A stretch of DNA of 64,000 nt from Vairimorpha necatrix (taxonomy: Eukaryota): positions 1,178,001-1,242,000 of the forward strand of contig CP142729.1 in assembly GCA_036630325.1 (NCBI GenBank). Reading direction: 5' to 3'. The notes under the pieces were generated by a model that saw only the letters and a program-made list of their open reading frames with translations, had not been told where the DNA came from and searched no databases. This document shows, piece after piece, positions 10,684-21,000 of the stretch (position 1 is its first letter; every line of letters starts with the position of its first letter). Made by a program: the position numbers and the translations under genes.

Positions 10684-10751
10684 AGGGGAGGGGAAAAGGC
10701 GAGAGGAAATATGCATCATAAAATCAAAATAAAAATATTTAAATTTCTCAA

Positions 10752-10825
10752 GCTCTGGTAGCTCAGTCGGTTAGAGCGTCGTGCTAATAACGCGAAGGCC
10801 CTGGGTTCGAATCCCAGTCGGAGCA
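10752..10825 (+). tRNA. tRNA-Ile (anticodon AAU)
   Basis: Cloverleaf: acceptor GCTCTGG/TCGGAGC, D-arm GCTC..GAGC, anticodon arm TCGTG-CTAATAA-CGCGA, T-arm CTGGG-TTCGAAT-CCCAG. Confidence 0.97.
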
Positions 10826-11421
10826 CATTTTTATACAACAAAAATTGAGAAGAAATTTTTAGAATTATAGGAAACAGTGATTAATAGTCAACAAATCATT
10901 TTATTTTTCTATGTATATTTTCATTTGTCTGAACTTATAAGGTATTAAAGAGTAGTAAAATAAACATTTTATAGATGGTCTTTTGTATGTATTTTAGATC
11001 GTATTTATAAAAGTCATGACGATATTGGAGAATGTAAAAAGCGTCATAATATTATCATGTCCACTGTTAAATAAAACAAGGCCAATGTCATTAATATTTG
11101 AATGTAATTTAGAAATTTATAAAACTCCGTCTAACTAGTTTTGGACTTGCGAAATAGGAAAAGACTTGAACTTTGAAAATAAAATGCGCCTAAAAGTTGT
11201 CTTAGGCTCAAAATTAATATTAAAAATTTTAAATGAGATTTAAAAAATCTAATTTTTATAGCTACTTTGTATCTTTTCTATATCCATAGATAATTCATCA
11301 GTACATGATTTCTAGCGCAGTAGAAAACACATGTATTGATATATTTACTTTTTTTTTATAAATACTTTTGGATGTTATAATTATAATTCATATTTTTTTG
11401 TTTATTACCCTCTTTTTTAAT

Positions 11422-11949
11422 ATGTTAAAAGTTTTGTTCTACATTTCTCTTATAGTCATTCCTTCTCTAACTCTAATCCTCAAAAACACTACCAGTTTCT
11501 TATCTATTGGTTACTTGGGCGTCGTCATGTGTCTAATCCTCGGCATCTTAGGAACTGTCAGAGGCATGTCATCTATCGCCAAATATGTATCAGGAGTCTG
11601 TATAAGCACACCAAGAGTCAGTAACAAAAGCATATTTGGTACTGTAATATGTGAAGCGGGTCTGATCTTATCAATTTTACATTGTATAATAATGTGTGTG
11701 ACACTTAATAATATGAAAGATACGCTTATAAATAATTATCTAATACTTTGTTCTGGGATGATAGTAGGAACAGGGTTCTATTTCTCAAGTACTGCTGTGG
11801 GGATTATATGTGGAGTAATAAGTTTAGCAGATGCAAAAAATGCAGAGATATTTTTCAAATTGGTGGTGCTTGAGTTTATACCTGCTAGTGTTGGATTATT
11901 GGGATTTATATTGGGAATAATATTGACAACAAAAGCAAAGAATTTATAA
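11422..11949 (+). CDS. VMA16: V-type ATPase proteolipid subunit c'' (Vma16-like)
   Basis: Five hydrophobic segments; TPRVSNKSIFGTVICEA and FFKLVVLEFIPASVGLLG motifs; CCC upstream of ATG 11422. Confidence 0.8.
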   Translation: MLKVLFYISLIVIPSLTLILKNTTSFLSIGYLGVVMCLILGILGTVRGMSSIAKYVSGVCISTPRVSNKSIFGTVICEAGLILSILHCIIMCVTLNNMKDTLINNYLILCSGMIVGTGFYFSSTAVGIICGVISLADAKNAEIFFKLVVLEFIPASVGLLGFILGIILTTKAKNL

Positions 11950-12049
11950 AATAAACAAATATAAAATGAAAATATGTAAAAAGTCGTTTTTAATTTAAAA
12001 AATAAAATTTGATAGAGTTTTGACATTATTTGGTTTTATAAATTAGAAT

Positions 12050-12302
12050 GACTAGTATATGCCTTTTAAATGTTGTGTTTTTCATTTAAAAAATAAAATA
12101 TAAATTGAGTTTTAGACTATATTTGTTTTTATAAATAAGACTGGCCAGTATATGCCTTTTAAATGTTGTGTTTTTCATTTAATAAATAAATATTTATTTT
12201 TAATACCGTTTTTAATTTGTCAGGCTGACCAGTATATGTCTTTAAGTTGTTGTGTTTTTCATTCAATAAATAATTATTTATTTTTAATACCGTTTTTAAT
12301 TT
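12050..12302. repeat. three imperfect direct repeats of ~85-90 bp upstream of XPD
   Basis: AGTATATG(C/T)CTTT..A.(A/T)TGTTGTGTTTTTCATT at ~12054, ~12148 and ~12231. Confidence 0.75.
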
Positions 12303-12473
12303 ACAGTTTAGTTTTTAAGTTACTCTGTTCGTTCTTATTTTGTAAGATAAATCCAATAGCTTTAAAGAAAACATTCGTTTTTAATTTATTTCTCAATAAG
12401 TTATGTATATAAATAGTAAATATACTATTTAATAATTTGTATAATTAAATTTCAATATTATTTTATCCCTAGG

Positions 12474-14666
12474 ATGATTATCAAACTAGACGACTTATCT
12501 GTTTACTTCCCATATTCTCAAATTTATCCAGAACAATTAAAATACATCAAAGAATTAAAAAGTAATCTAGACACTAATGGTCATATCTTAATAGAAATGC
12601 CTTCTGGTACTGGGAAAACTGTAGCTTTACTCAGTATAACTATTAGTTACATAATTCATATGAAAAAAAATGGAAAAAAAATAAAACTAGTTTATTGTTC
12701 AAGAACTGTCTCAGAAATAGACAAAGCTCTTAGTGAACTGGAAAATCTAGTCAATTATATCAAAAAATATATAAAATTCGATTTTTTAGGTGTAGGTTTA
12801 ACAGCTAAAAAAAATTTATGTGTAAACAATGAAGCTCTACAATCTAGAAATGTAGACATGACATGTAAAAAACTACGAGATCTTGAAAATTGTGATTTTT
12901 ATACAAATTTGTATAAAGATTTCTCTATTCCGCAAGGTGTTTATACACTCGAAAAATTATTAGAACTTGGTAAATCAAAAGGTATATGTCCTTATTACTT
13001 AATTAGAAATAGTCTACCAATATTCGATTGTATAATTTACACTTATAATTATCTAATAGATCCTAAAATTTATGGTATTGTTTCTAAAGATCTAAGTGAA
13101 GATTGTATTATAATTTTTGATGAAGCACATAATATTGATTCTCATTGTATAGAAGCTTTAACTTATGAAATAAAACGTAAAACATTGGATAACGCGACAA
13201 AATGTTTAAAAAAACTTGTTAAATGTGTAGATATTAAAAAAAAAGAAAATAGAAATGTATTATTAAAAGAATATCAAAAAATGAAAGGTACTTTAAATAT
13301 TTGTACAGAAGACACTATTCCACATTTTTACGCTGAAGAAGAAAGAAAATACGAATTTATTCCTGGGAATTTGAGAGATTCAGCACATTTTGTTGGAATA
13401 TTAAAAAGATTGGTAGAATTTTTTAAAACAAAACTTAAAACAACTCATTTGACTACTGAAACACCAGTAAATTTTTGTCAATCTATACGAGATTTGACAT
13501 TTTTAGACAAGAAAACATTAAAATTCTGTTCTCAGAGACTTGGACTTTTGATTCAATCTCTTGAATTTGATGACGATGATTTGTACTCATTGCGGCGTGT
13601 CGCCGATTTCGGTACTATGGTTTCTATGTATTCTAAAGGATTTTCCGTTATTTTTGAACCTTATGACACACAAGCTCATACTGTTTTTAATCCAATTTTG
13701 AGACTAGCGTGTCTTGATTCTTCTATAGCTATTTCACAAGTTTTTTCAAAATTTAAAAATGTGATTATTACTAGTGGTACGTTAAGTCCAATAGAAATGT
13801 ATCCTAAGATATTGAATTTTGTACCAAAAAAAGTTGTAGAAATAGGTGCTACTTTAGATAGAAATGCAATTTCGCCTTTAATATTGACTAAAGGCAATGA
13901 TCAAATGACTATAAAATCTACTAATGAAGAAAATGGTGTCAATACTATAACTACTTCATTTTCATTGAGAAGTGAACCATCAGTAGTACGGAATTATGGT
14001 ACATTACTAATAGAACTAAGTAAAAATGTTCCTGATGGTTTAATATGTTTTTTCCCGTCATATATTTACATGGAAGAAATTGTCAGTTTATGGTCAGAAA
14101 CTAATATAATAACTGATATAATGAAAAATAAATTAATTTTTATTGAGTCACCAGACCACAGAGAAACAGATTTAGCACTTAATAATTACAAAAAAGCTTG
14201 TAGATGTGGCAGAGGCGCCGTATTATTTTGTGTAGCAAGGGGTAAAGTGTCAGAAGGTGTTGATTTTGAAGATGGTTATGGTAGATGTGTTGTTATGTTG
14301 GGAATACCTTTCCAATATACGGAAAGTGTTAGATTAAAAAAAAGATTAGAATTTTTAAGAAATGAGTATAATATTAAAGAATATGAATTTCTTACATTTG
14401 ACGCTATGAGACACACGGCTCAGTGTTTAGGACGAGTATTGAGAAATAAAAAAGATTATGGGTTGATGATTTTAGCAGATCAAAGGTTTGACACTAAAGA
14501 TAAAAAGACTAAATTGCCTAAATGGATACAAGGATTTATGGAAGAAGGGAATTATAATTTGAGTATTGATATGGTATTGAGTATAGCGAAAAGGTTTTAT
14601 AAAGAAATGGCACAAGAATTACCAGAAAAAGGAATTAGTACATTGACAGCCGAAGAAATATCTTAA
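12474..14666 (+). CDS. RAD3: TFIIH helicase XPD/Rad3/ERCC2
   Basis: YFPY..IYPEQ, EMPSGTGKT, Fe-S cysteines, DEAH, SGTLSP, RGKVSEGVDF, QCLGRVLR. Confidence 0.97.
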   Translation: MIIKLDDLSVYFPYSQIYPEQLKYIKELKSNLDTNGHILIEMPSGTGKTVALLSITISYIIHMKKNGKKIKLVYCSRTVSEIDKALSELENLVNYIKKYIKFDFLGVGLTAKKNLCVNNEALQSRNVDMTCKKLRDLENCDFYTNLYKDFSIPQGVYTLEKLLELGKSKGICPYYLIRNSLPIFDCIIYTYNYLIDPKIYGIVSKDLSEDCIIIFDEAHNIDSHCIEALTYEIKRKTLDNATKCLKKLVKCVDIKKKENRNVLLKEYQKMKGTLNICTEDTIPHFYAEEERKYEFIPGNLRDSAHFVGILKRLVEFFKTKLKTTHLTTETPVNFCQSIRDLTFLDKKTLKFCSQRLGLLIQSLEFDDDDLYSLRRVADFGTMVSMYSKGFSVIFEPYDTQAHTVFNPILRLACLDSSIAISQVFSKFKNVIITSGTLSPIEMYPKILNFVPKKVVEIGATLDRNAISPLILTKGNDQMTIKSTNEENGVNTITTSFSLRSEPSVVRNYGTLLIELSKNVPDGLICFFPSYIYMEEIVSLWSETNIITDIMKNKLIFIESPDHRETDLALNNYKKACRCGRGAVLFCVARGKVSEGVDFEDGYGRCVVMLGIPFQYTESVRLKKRLEFLRNEYNIKEYEFLTFDAMRHTAQCLGRVLRNKKDYGLMILADQRFDTKDKKTKLPKWIQGFMEEGNYNLSIDMVLSIAKRFYKEMAQELPEKGISTLTAEEIS

Positions 14667-14844
14667 AAAAAAAGTGAATAAATTAATTTATCTTTTTATT
14701 TTAATTTTGTGTATTGCAAATTAACAAATAGTTAAGCAATTTTTCAAGCTTATATTGAAGATACTTGTGCAAAAAAAATAGATGTGTTTTTGTAACATCC
14801 TTAAAAACACAATTTAATTGGATGTTTATGTTTTAACTTCGTAG

Positions 14845-15020
14845 CTAAATTAAAATGAAACTACGACATTATAATTATGAGATAGCAATTAAAATGTAAC
14901 TACGATATTATAATTGCTATAAATTTACAACCATGACACTAAATTATGAGATAAATTTACAACCATGACACTATAATTATGAGATAAATTTACAACCATG
15001 ACACTAAAATTATGACATAA
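14845..15020. repeat. tandem repeats, ~33-bp unit
   Basis: TAAATTTACAACCATGACACTA(T)AATTATGAGA x3 plus two related AATTAAAATG..ACTACGA units. Confidence 0.8.
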
Positions 15021-15072
15021 ATTAAAAATTTAATGTAAAATTTTTATTATAATTTTAAATACTCAGTTTTCT

Positions 15073-15681
15073 TTAAATTATTCCTCTTAATTTTGGTTTT
15101 ACTCCGCTTTTACTTGACAATCCATCAATATCATTTCCAACACAATGACGCCCGCCACATTTATTACATTGCAAATAAAACAACCTTTGTTCTTTTATTA
15201 TCGCCGTATCTTCAATTCCATCACAACTTTTACATACCACAAAATTCTCTATAAATTTCCTTAAAACTTCTTGAATTTTGGCCTTTAAAAAGTTCCCTTT
15301 TATCCACAAATATCCATCGTCTTTTACTGACCCTTCTGCCATTAACTCGCTTGTTATAAATTTCGTAATATGAAAAACTTCTCTATCTAAAATATCAGCA
15401 ATTTCTACTATATTTACTTTAGTTCTTATGCCTTCTCTTTTAACTTCGAGAGGAAGTCTCAATTTATTACTAGATCTGTCTTCTTTATCTTTTTTTAATA
15501 TTGACATGGCATTTTTCAAAAGTGTGTAATATTGTAATTCTGTCGGGGTGTCTATTAAATCATCTTCTTGTTTTGTACTCTGAGTCGTTTTACGTGAACC
15601 AAGTCTGGTTTGTCTCTTCATACTAAATTCTTTCAAATTTATACCAAGTTCTTCAATTTCACTACTGCTTGAGTCGGACAT
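15073..15681 (-). CDS. SUI3: translation initiation factor eIF2 beta
   Basis: Y..LL, LDRE..HI.KF...EL, GNF....IQEVLRKFI..FVVCKSC...DT......RLFYLQC.KCG zinc ribbon. Confidence 0.9.
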   Translation of the reverse strand: MSDSSSSEIEELGINLKEFSMKRQTRLGSRKTTQSTKQEDDLIDTPTELQYYTLLKNAMSILKKDKEDRSSNKLRLPLEVKREGIRTKVNIVEIADILDREVFHITKFITSELMAEGSVKDDGYLWIKGNFLKAKIQEVLRKFIENFVVCKSCDGIEDTAIIKEQRLFYLQCNKCGGRHCVGNDIDGLSSKSGVKPKLRGII

Positions 15682-15946
15682 TGAGCCCTAAAAAAAATGA
15701 AAAAAAATACCAAAAATCTGAAACTTAAAGAACAAGTCAAAAGCTTTTTAATATTTGCCCCTTACTGAGTTAACAACTGAGCCCAAAAAATACTAAAAAT
15801 TGAAACTTAAAGAACAAGTCAAAAGCTTTTAAATTTGTACCTTACTGAGTTAACAACTGAGCCCAAAAAAATATAAAAACTTTGAAACTTAAAGAACAAG
15901 TTAAAGGCTTTTCAATATTTGCCCCTTATGACTGAGTTAACAACTG
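15682..15946. promoter_or_regulatory. triplicated bidirectional promoter unit (~80-96 bp x3) between eIF2beta and TBCD
   Basis: TGAGCCC..TGAAACTTAAAGAACAAGT..CCTT(ATG)ACTGAGTTAACAAC repeated three times. Confidence 0.8.
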
Positions 15947-18189
15947 ATAAATTGAAAGAATATTGCGAAAATTTTGATTATAAAAAACTCTCGATTTATT
16001 GCACAAGAGACATAAAGAAAATGCCGCAAATACTGCATTTTATAAAAAATATTGAATCTACTAATATTTCTGAAATATTAAATTTTGCTTTTAATTTTCA
16101 TGAAGAAAACTTAAATTTTGAAATGAAACTCATTTTATTACAAACTTGTCTTTATACTTTATTGAGTAATCCTTTTAATTTTATAGAAATTATGGATAAA
16201 AAACAGAGAAATGAAATATTCAAATTTGTTACTGAAAATTGTATTAAGGAAAAATTAACCATTAAAATTATTGTAAAAATATTCGATATAAAATATATTT
16301 TAGAAAATACAAATTATAATAGTTACATCGTTCTAAAAGAATTAAGTAAAATTCAAAAATTGCATAAAAATATTATAGAGTTTGTTTGTTCGAGTTTGTT
16401 GGTTTATGAAAATTTATGCGAAAAAACTATAAATAGAATCGAAAATTTAAATCTGCATGAAAAAGATTTTCTCATAAATTATCTGACAAAAGATGAATTA
16501 TCTATGTCAGATAGAATTTACAGTTTCAAGATTTTATCTCACCAATACAAACACCACAAGGATCTTATTACCCCCAGTATATTTTTCAAATATCTGAATT
16601 TTAATAATTTCAAATTTGGATATTCTCTTTCTAGATCATTTTTAAGGATTATCAAATATTTTGATGTCATTGAAATTAGTAACCATATACAATCTTTATT
16701 AACAGATATTTTTGCTAATGAAATGTTATGGATTAATTCATTTCATATTTTAGGATCATTGTTTTTTAAGAATTATAAGATTGAGATTGACTTGTCGATT
16801 ATTAAAAGAAGTGTCTTTTATAGTTGCGATGATACTAATTATAGAAGTTGTTTAGTTAGAGAATATGCTTTGTTTCTAATATATTCTATTATAAGAAGAA
16901 ATCCGACAGACGAGTTGATTAATATTCTGGTTTATACATGTATATTTGATATGAATTTAAAGATAAGAAGAATTTCTGCCTCGATTCTTTCTTCATATTT
17001 TAATTTAGATTTATTTATAAAAAGGTATGATGATTTATTAGATTCATATGAGAAAATTAATCGTATTTTTAATATTGAGATAGGAGAATATTTATCTATG
17101 AATAGTACAGACATCACAGTTATGCAACTGAAAAATGAGATCATAATGAAATACGATTACCAGGTACGAGTAGAAGATAATGATAATGTGACACTGTCTT
17201 ATATAAACCTAGGCTACAACTTTAAATATTCCATAATGTATGAAAGGGAGTTCTTAGAATCTGAAAAGTATTTGCTTTTGGATCTTAGTTCACTGTTTAA
17301 ATATCGATTTTTCGATAATTTATGCAATTTATACATAGAAATATTATCGCTTATTTGTAGTTCAGCACAGTATAAAGATTTGATCGAGACCAAGGAAGTT
17401 ACAAATAATATAATTTTCATGCTTTCGAAAAATTTAAAAAACTTTGAATTAGTGAATATAATCTGGTCAATTGATTCAGAGGTCATTTTTGAATTCCTAT
17501 TTAAAAATCGTAAAAAGTCAAATCATAACATAATCGTAGCCAATATTCGGAATTATAAATATTTAGAAACAATAATACTAGAATATAAAAAGGCCATCAA
17601 GCTTAATATGAATATTGACTTTATAACATCTATCTATAAATCTCTTCTATACTACAAAGAAGACATAAGACATTTTGAAGATGAAATCCTAATGGGCTTG
17701 GAGAATTATTCTATAACTAGTCGTGGAGATGTGTGTTATGAAATAAGACTCACGAGTCTATTATTAGTCAAATATGATAAAGTACTATTTAATAAATACC
17801 TAGTAAGGTATTTAGTGGATAAAAGTAAATATATCAGAGATTACTTATTTAATAATCTAGAAGATTATAAATATCTAATAGATGGATATGAAATATTAAG
17901 CAAAAGAGATATAAAATTAATAATTCGGAATATGCACTTGTTTGATGAGTTTAATGTCACAATAGGAATATTGGGATATCTTGCTACGTGTGATAAGCAT
18001 GAATATGAAGAAATTATCGACATATTAATTTCTAAGCGCGATTTAATTGATAAAAATATCAAAAAAATTACAAGTTCAGGATATTCCAGAGTATACAATT
18101 ATATAATCAAGTTAGATTTAGAAATGTCAAATAAGTTTAAGTGGACTGAACTTATAAAAAAAAATGACACCGAAAATACTTATAATTAA
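15928..18189 (+). CDS. TBCD: tubulin-folding cofactor D (TBCD/Cin1-like)
   Basis: LVREYALF..YSIIR, CIFDMNLKIRRISAS and GLENYSITSRGDV..EIR match TBCD motifs; CCCCTT-ATG at 15928. Confidence 0.8.
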   Translation: MTELTTDKLKEYCENFDYKKLSIYCTRDIKKMPQILHFIKNIESTNISEILNFAFNFHEENLNFEMKLILLQTCLYTLLSNPFNFIEIMDKKQRNEIFKFVTENCIKEKLTIKIIVKIFDIKYILENTNYNSYIVLKELSKIQKLHKNIIEFVCSSLLVYENLCEKTINRIENLNLHEKDFLINYLTKDELSMSDRIYSFKILSHQYKHHKDLITPSIFFKYLNFNNFKFGYSLSRSFLRIIKYFDVIEISNHIQSLLTDIFANEMLWINSFHILGSLFFKNYKIEIDLSIIKRSVFYSCDDTNYRSCLVREYALFLIYSIIRRNPTDELINILVYTCIFDMNLKIRRISASILSSYFNLDLFIKRYDDLLDSYEKINRIFNIEIGEYLSMNSTDITVMQLKNEIIMKYDYQVRVEDNDNVTLSYINLGYNFKYSIMYEREFLESEKYLLLDLSSLFKYRFFDNLCNLYIEILSLICSSAQYKDLIETKEVTNNIIFMLSKNLKNFELVNIIWSIDSEVIFEFLFKNRKKSNHNIIVANIRNYKYLETIILEYKKAIKLNMNIDFITSIYKSLLYYKEDIRHFEDEILMGLENYSITSRGDVCYEIRLTSLLLVKYDKVLFNKYLVRYLVDKSKYIRDYLFNNLEDYKYLIDGYEILSKRDIKLIIRNMHLFDEFNVTIGILGYLATCDKHEYEEIIDILISKRDLIDKNIKKITSSGYSRVYNYIIKLDLEMSNKFKWTELIKKNDTENTYN

Positions 18190-18823
18190 ATCTTTTAATT
18201 ATGAATATATATAAAGTAAGGGTGGCCTGATTGTAAATAGCATTCTATGATTCTTCTCCCTGCAATATGGATGTATTGATTAGTTTATTGTTCGGCCCGC
18301 AGGCCATAATAAATTCTTGCATTTGCAATAGGAAGGCTTCTCCCATTCGTTGCTTTCATGTACATGCCATTGTTTCGGTTTAAGTTTTCTTCGGGATGAA
18401 AAAAAATAACTTTTTAAAAAATTAGAATACTGCGATAATTAATACCACAGGGGGTTGAAATGTAGCAAGAGTTCTTATATTATAAATTTATCAAAGTTGG
18501 AGATTTTTTGCTTCGAGATGTTAAATAGTAGATCGATAGGCCAGTACCATAAGGTCTATGTGTGCTCGTCGATTCAATTATTCTAATTTTTTCGAATATA
18601 TCATCGCTATATTGTCAAAACTATTTGAAAAAATCTAAATATTTAGAGATTAGGTCTGTATATAGTTCACCACAGGTAAAAACGGCACGGGACTTTATTT
18701 GTTGTAACATGTGCATCTACTGCGTGTTCACTTAAAGGCGATTTTCCAGTGTCATTTTATTTGGAATCGTAAAAAGGGTTATTTTTGTATTAATTAAGAT
18801 TTCATAAAATAGTTTTTTATTGT

Positions 18824-20341
18824 TTAACGATAATTGGGCCTTAATGCATCACTAATAGAATAATCAACACGAATTTCTTTACCTTTGATCGACTTACCTC
18901 TTAGTGATTCCTTGGCCTTTATACAATCTTCTAGACATTGGAAGTAGACGAATCCAAATCCTCTACTTTTCTTTGTTTCGTAGTCCGTGATGATTGTAAG
19001 CTTGTAGTCTTTTATGTCTGCAAGTTCCTCATTGAGAAATTCTCTCAGATCTTCTTCAGTAGCATACAAACTCAGACCGAATACACCAAGTGTCTTAGAA
19101 GGGGGGACATTCTCAGGGATGATTTTCTTGGGCCTTGATTCATAAGACTTTTGGGCTCCTTCCGACATAGGATCATATGTAGAAGGGCCTTCCCTGTCGT
19201 ATCTTCCTCTTCCTGATGATCTCTCGTATTGCTCATGGCTTCTTCCGGTTCCTTCTCTTGAGCCTTCTCTAGATCCATATGATCCTTCCCTTGAGCCATA
19301 AGATGAGGTTCTTTGACTATAGCCTCCTTCTCTTGATCCATATCTTTCTTCTCTTGAACCTTCTCTCTGTCCATAGCCCCCTTCTCTTGAGCCTTCTCTA
19401 GAACTATATCTTTCTTCTCTTGAACCTTCTCTTTGTCCATAGCCGCCTTCTTTTGGCGCATCTCTTTGTCCATAGCCACCTTCTCTTGGTCCGTCCCTTG
19501 AGCCTTCTCTTTGGCCATAGCCCCTATCTCTTGACCCATATGAATCTCTTCCTCCATGGCCTCTCTCTCTTTGGCCATATCTTTCTTCTCTCTGCCCGTA
19601 TCTTTCTTCTCTAGGTCCACCATATCTTTCTTCTCTTGGTCCACCATATCTTTCCTCTCTTTGGCCATATCTTTCTTCTCTGTCTCTTGATGGATATCCT
19701 CCTCTTCTTTCATTTCCATATCTGTCATCTTCTCTTTCTGATCTAAATCTTTTATCCTGGCCGTATGATGAACTGTATCTGTCATTATCTCCTCTATCAA
19801 ATCTTTTCCTGGGGTATTCTTCCCTACGATGTGATTCGCTTGGTCTTTGTTCATAAGATCTTGGTCTGTATTCTTCTTTGTCTCTTGATGAGTTATTATT
19901 GTTTTCTACACTAGGAGCAGGAGCATCCCACGTGGAAGCAGATGGAGCTCCCCAAGCGCCTTCACTTTTCTCAGATGGAGCTCCCCAAGCATCTTCGCTT
20001 TTCTCAGCTGGCGCGTCCCAACCTCCTGCAGATTTCTCAGCTGGCGCGTCCCAGCCTCCCTCACTCTTCTCTGTAGGTGCGTCCCAGGCGCCTTCACTCT
20101 TCTCTGTAGGTGCATCCCAACCTCCTTCGGATTTTTCTGTTGGTGCGTCCCAAGCGCTTTCGCTTTTTTCGGCTTCGTGCTTTTCTGCTGGTGCTTCGCT
20201 CTTCTCCAATTCAGATTTGTTTTCTACATCAGTTTTCTTTTCTTCTGTTTGTGCTTCCTTTTTCTCTTCAGTTGCCGTTTGATTTATTTTCTCTTCTGTC
20301 TTTTCATTTTCTATGGATTTATTTTTTTCCGCTTCTACCAT
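18824..20341 (-). CDS. RNA-binding protein: Trp-repeat N-terminus, R/E/G/Y/S low-complexity middle, C-terminal Tra2-type RRM
   Basis: LGVFGLSLY (RNP2), SRGFGFVYF (RNP1) and IRVDYSIS closely match the Transformer-2 RRM; CCCCTAA-ATG. Confidence 0.88.
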   Translation of the reverse strand: MVEAEKNKSIENEKTEEKINQTATEEKKEAQTEEKKTDVENKSELEKSEAPAEKHEAEKSESAWDAPTEKSEGGWDAPTEKSEGAWDAPTEKSEGGWDAPAEKSAGGWDAPAEKSEDAWGAPSEKSEGAWGAPSASTWDAPAPSVENNNNSSRDKEEYRPRSYEQRPSESHRREEYPRKRFDRGDNDRYSSSYGQDKRFRSEREDDRYGNERRGGYPSRDREERYGQREERYGGPREERYGGPREERYGQREERYGQRERGHGGRDSYGSRDRGYGQREGSRDGPREGGYGQRDAPKEGGYGQREGSREERYSSREGSREGGYGQREGSREERYGSREGGYSQRTSSYGSREGSYGSREGSREGTGRSHEQYERSSGRGRYDREGPSTYDPMSEGAQKSYESRPKKIIPENVPPSKTLGVFGLSLYATEEDLREFLNEELADIKDYKLTIITDYETKKSRGFGFVYFQCLEDCIKAKESLRGKSIKGKEIRVDYSISDALRPNYR

Positions 20342-20859
20342 TTAGGGGTAGGATTTTTCAAAAAAATATTAATTTTCTTTTGCTCGGTTAAGCGTATCAA
20401 GATATTACATTGTAATAAGATATTTATTATTAAGTCACAATTTAATATTTATATGTGAATTATTGTATCCACATATAAGTAATAAGAAAAACTGACGAAA
20501 TATTAACATGTCACGATGCCAGTAGATCATATCCCTCCCATGATCCCCGTTTGTACACGTGGCACAGAGCTGTAATTACTTACAAATATGTAAGAAGGAT
20601 GGATTAACCCACGCTAAAAAACTAGATTTTACTCAGTCCAGTAATGTAAAGTAAACGAACAAGCTGAGACGCGGATTAAGGAAAAAGCCGAATATAAAAA
20701 AAAAGAATTTATCATTTTATATATAATCACAAGTTTAAATATTCTCTATGCGGGGTAAAATCTTAATAGCGACATAAATACGACTTACTTTAGTTCACAT
20801 GGTTTCTCTAAATAAAGAAACCAAAATTTATTTTTTTAATTGAGTGTTGTAATAATTTA

Positions 20860-21000
20860 TATCGTGCAAATACCAAATTCTCAATTAGACCTCCGAACGG
20901 AAGCGTATATACAGACAAGATTCTTAAAAACCATTGGAAATCAGAACTGCAACATGAAGTTGAGGCTTGAAACAGCTAGAAAGTCTTTTTTAAAACCAAA
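20860..21000 (+). pseudogene. possible remnant of a non-LTR retrotransposon C-terminus
   Basis: TEAYIQTRFLK resembles the EAYIQ..VLKKT motif I recall from microsporidian non-LTR elements; short and unverified. Confidence 0.35.

Noticed and set aside
15919-15927. TTG/GTG starts in the ORF track (also 9992, 10100, 11368, 53665)
   Set aside because: Eukaryotic locus; downstream CCC-preceded ATGs are better starts.
19072-19854. 260-aa alternative-frame ORF, and antisense ORFs at 19878-20458
   Set aside because: Shadows of the stop-poor repetitive RRM gene; no independent start signal.
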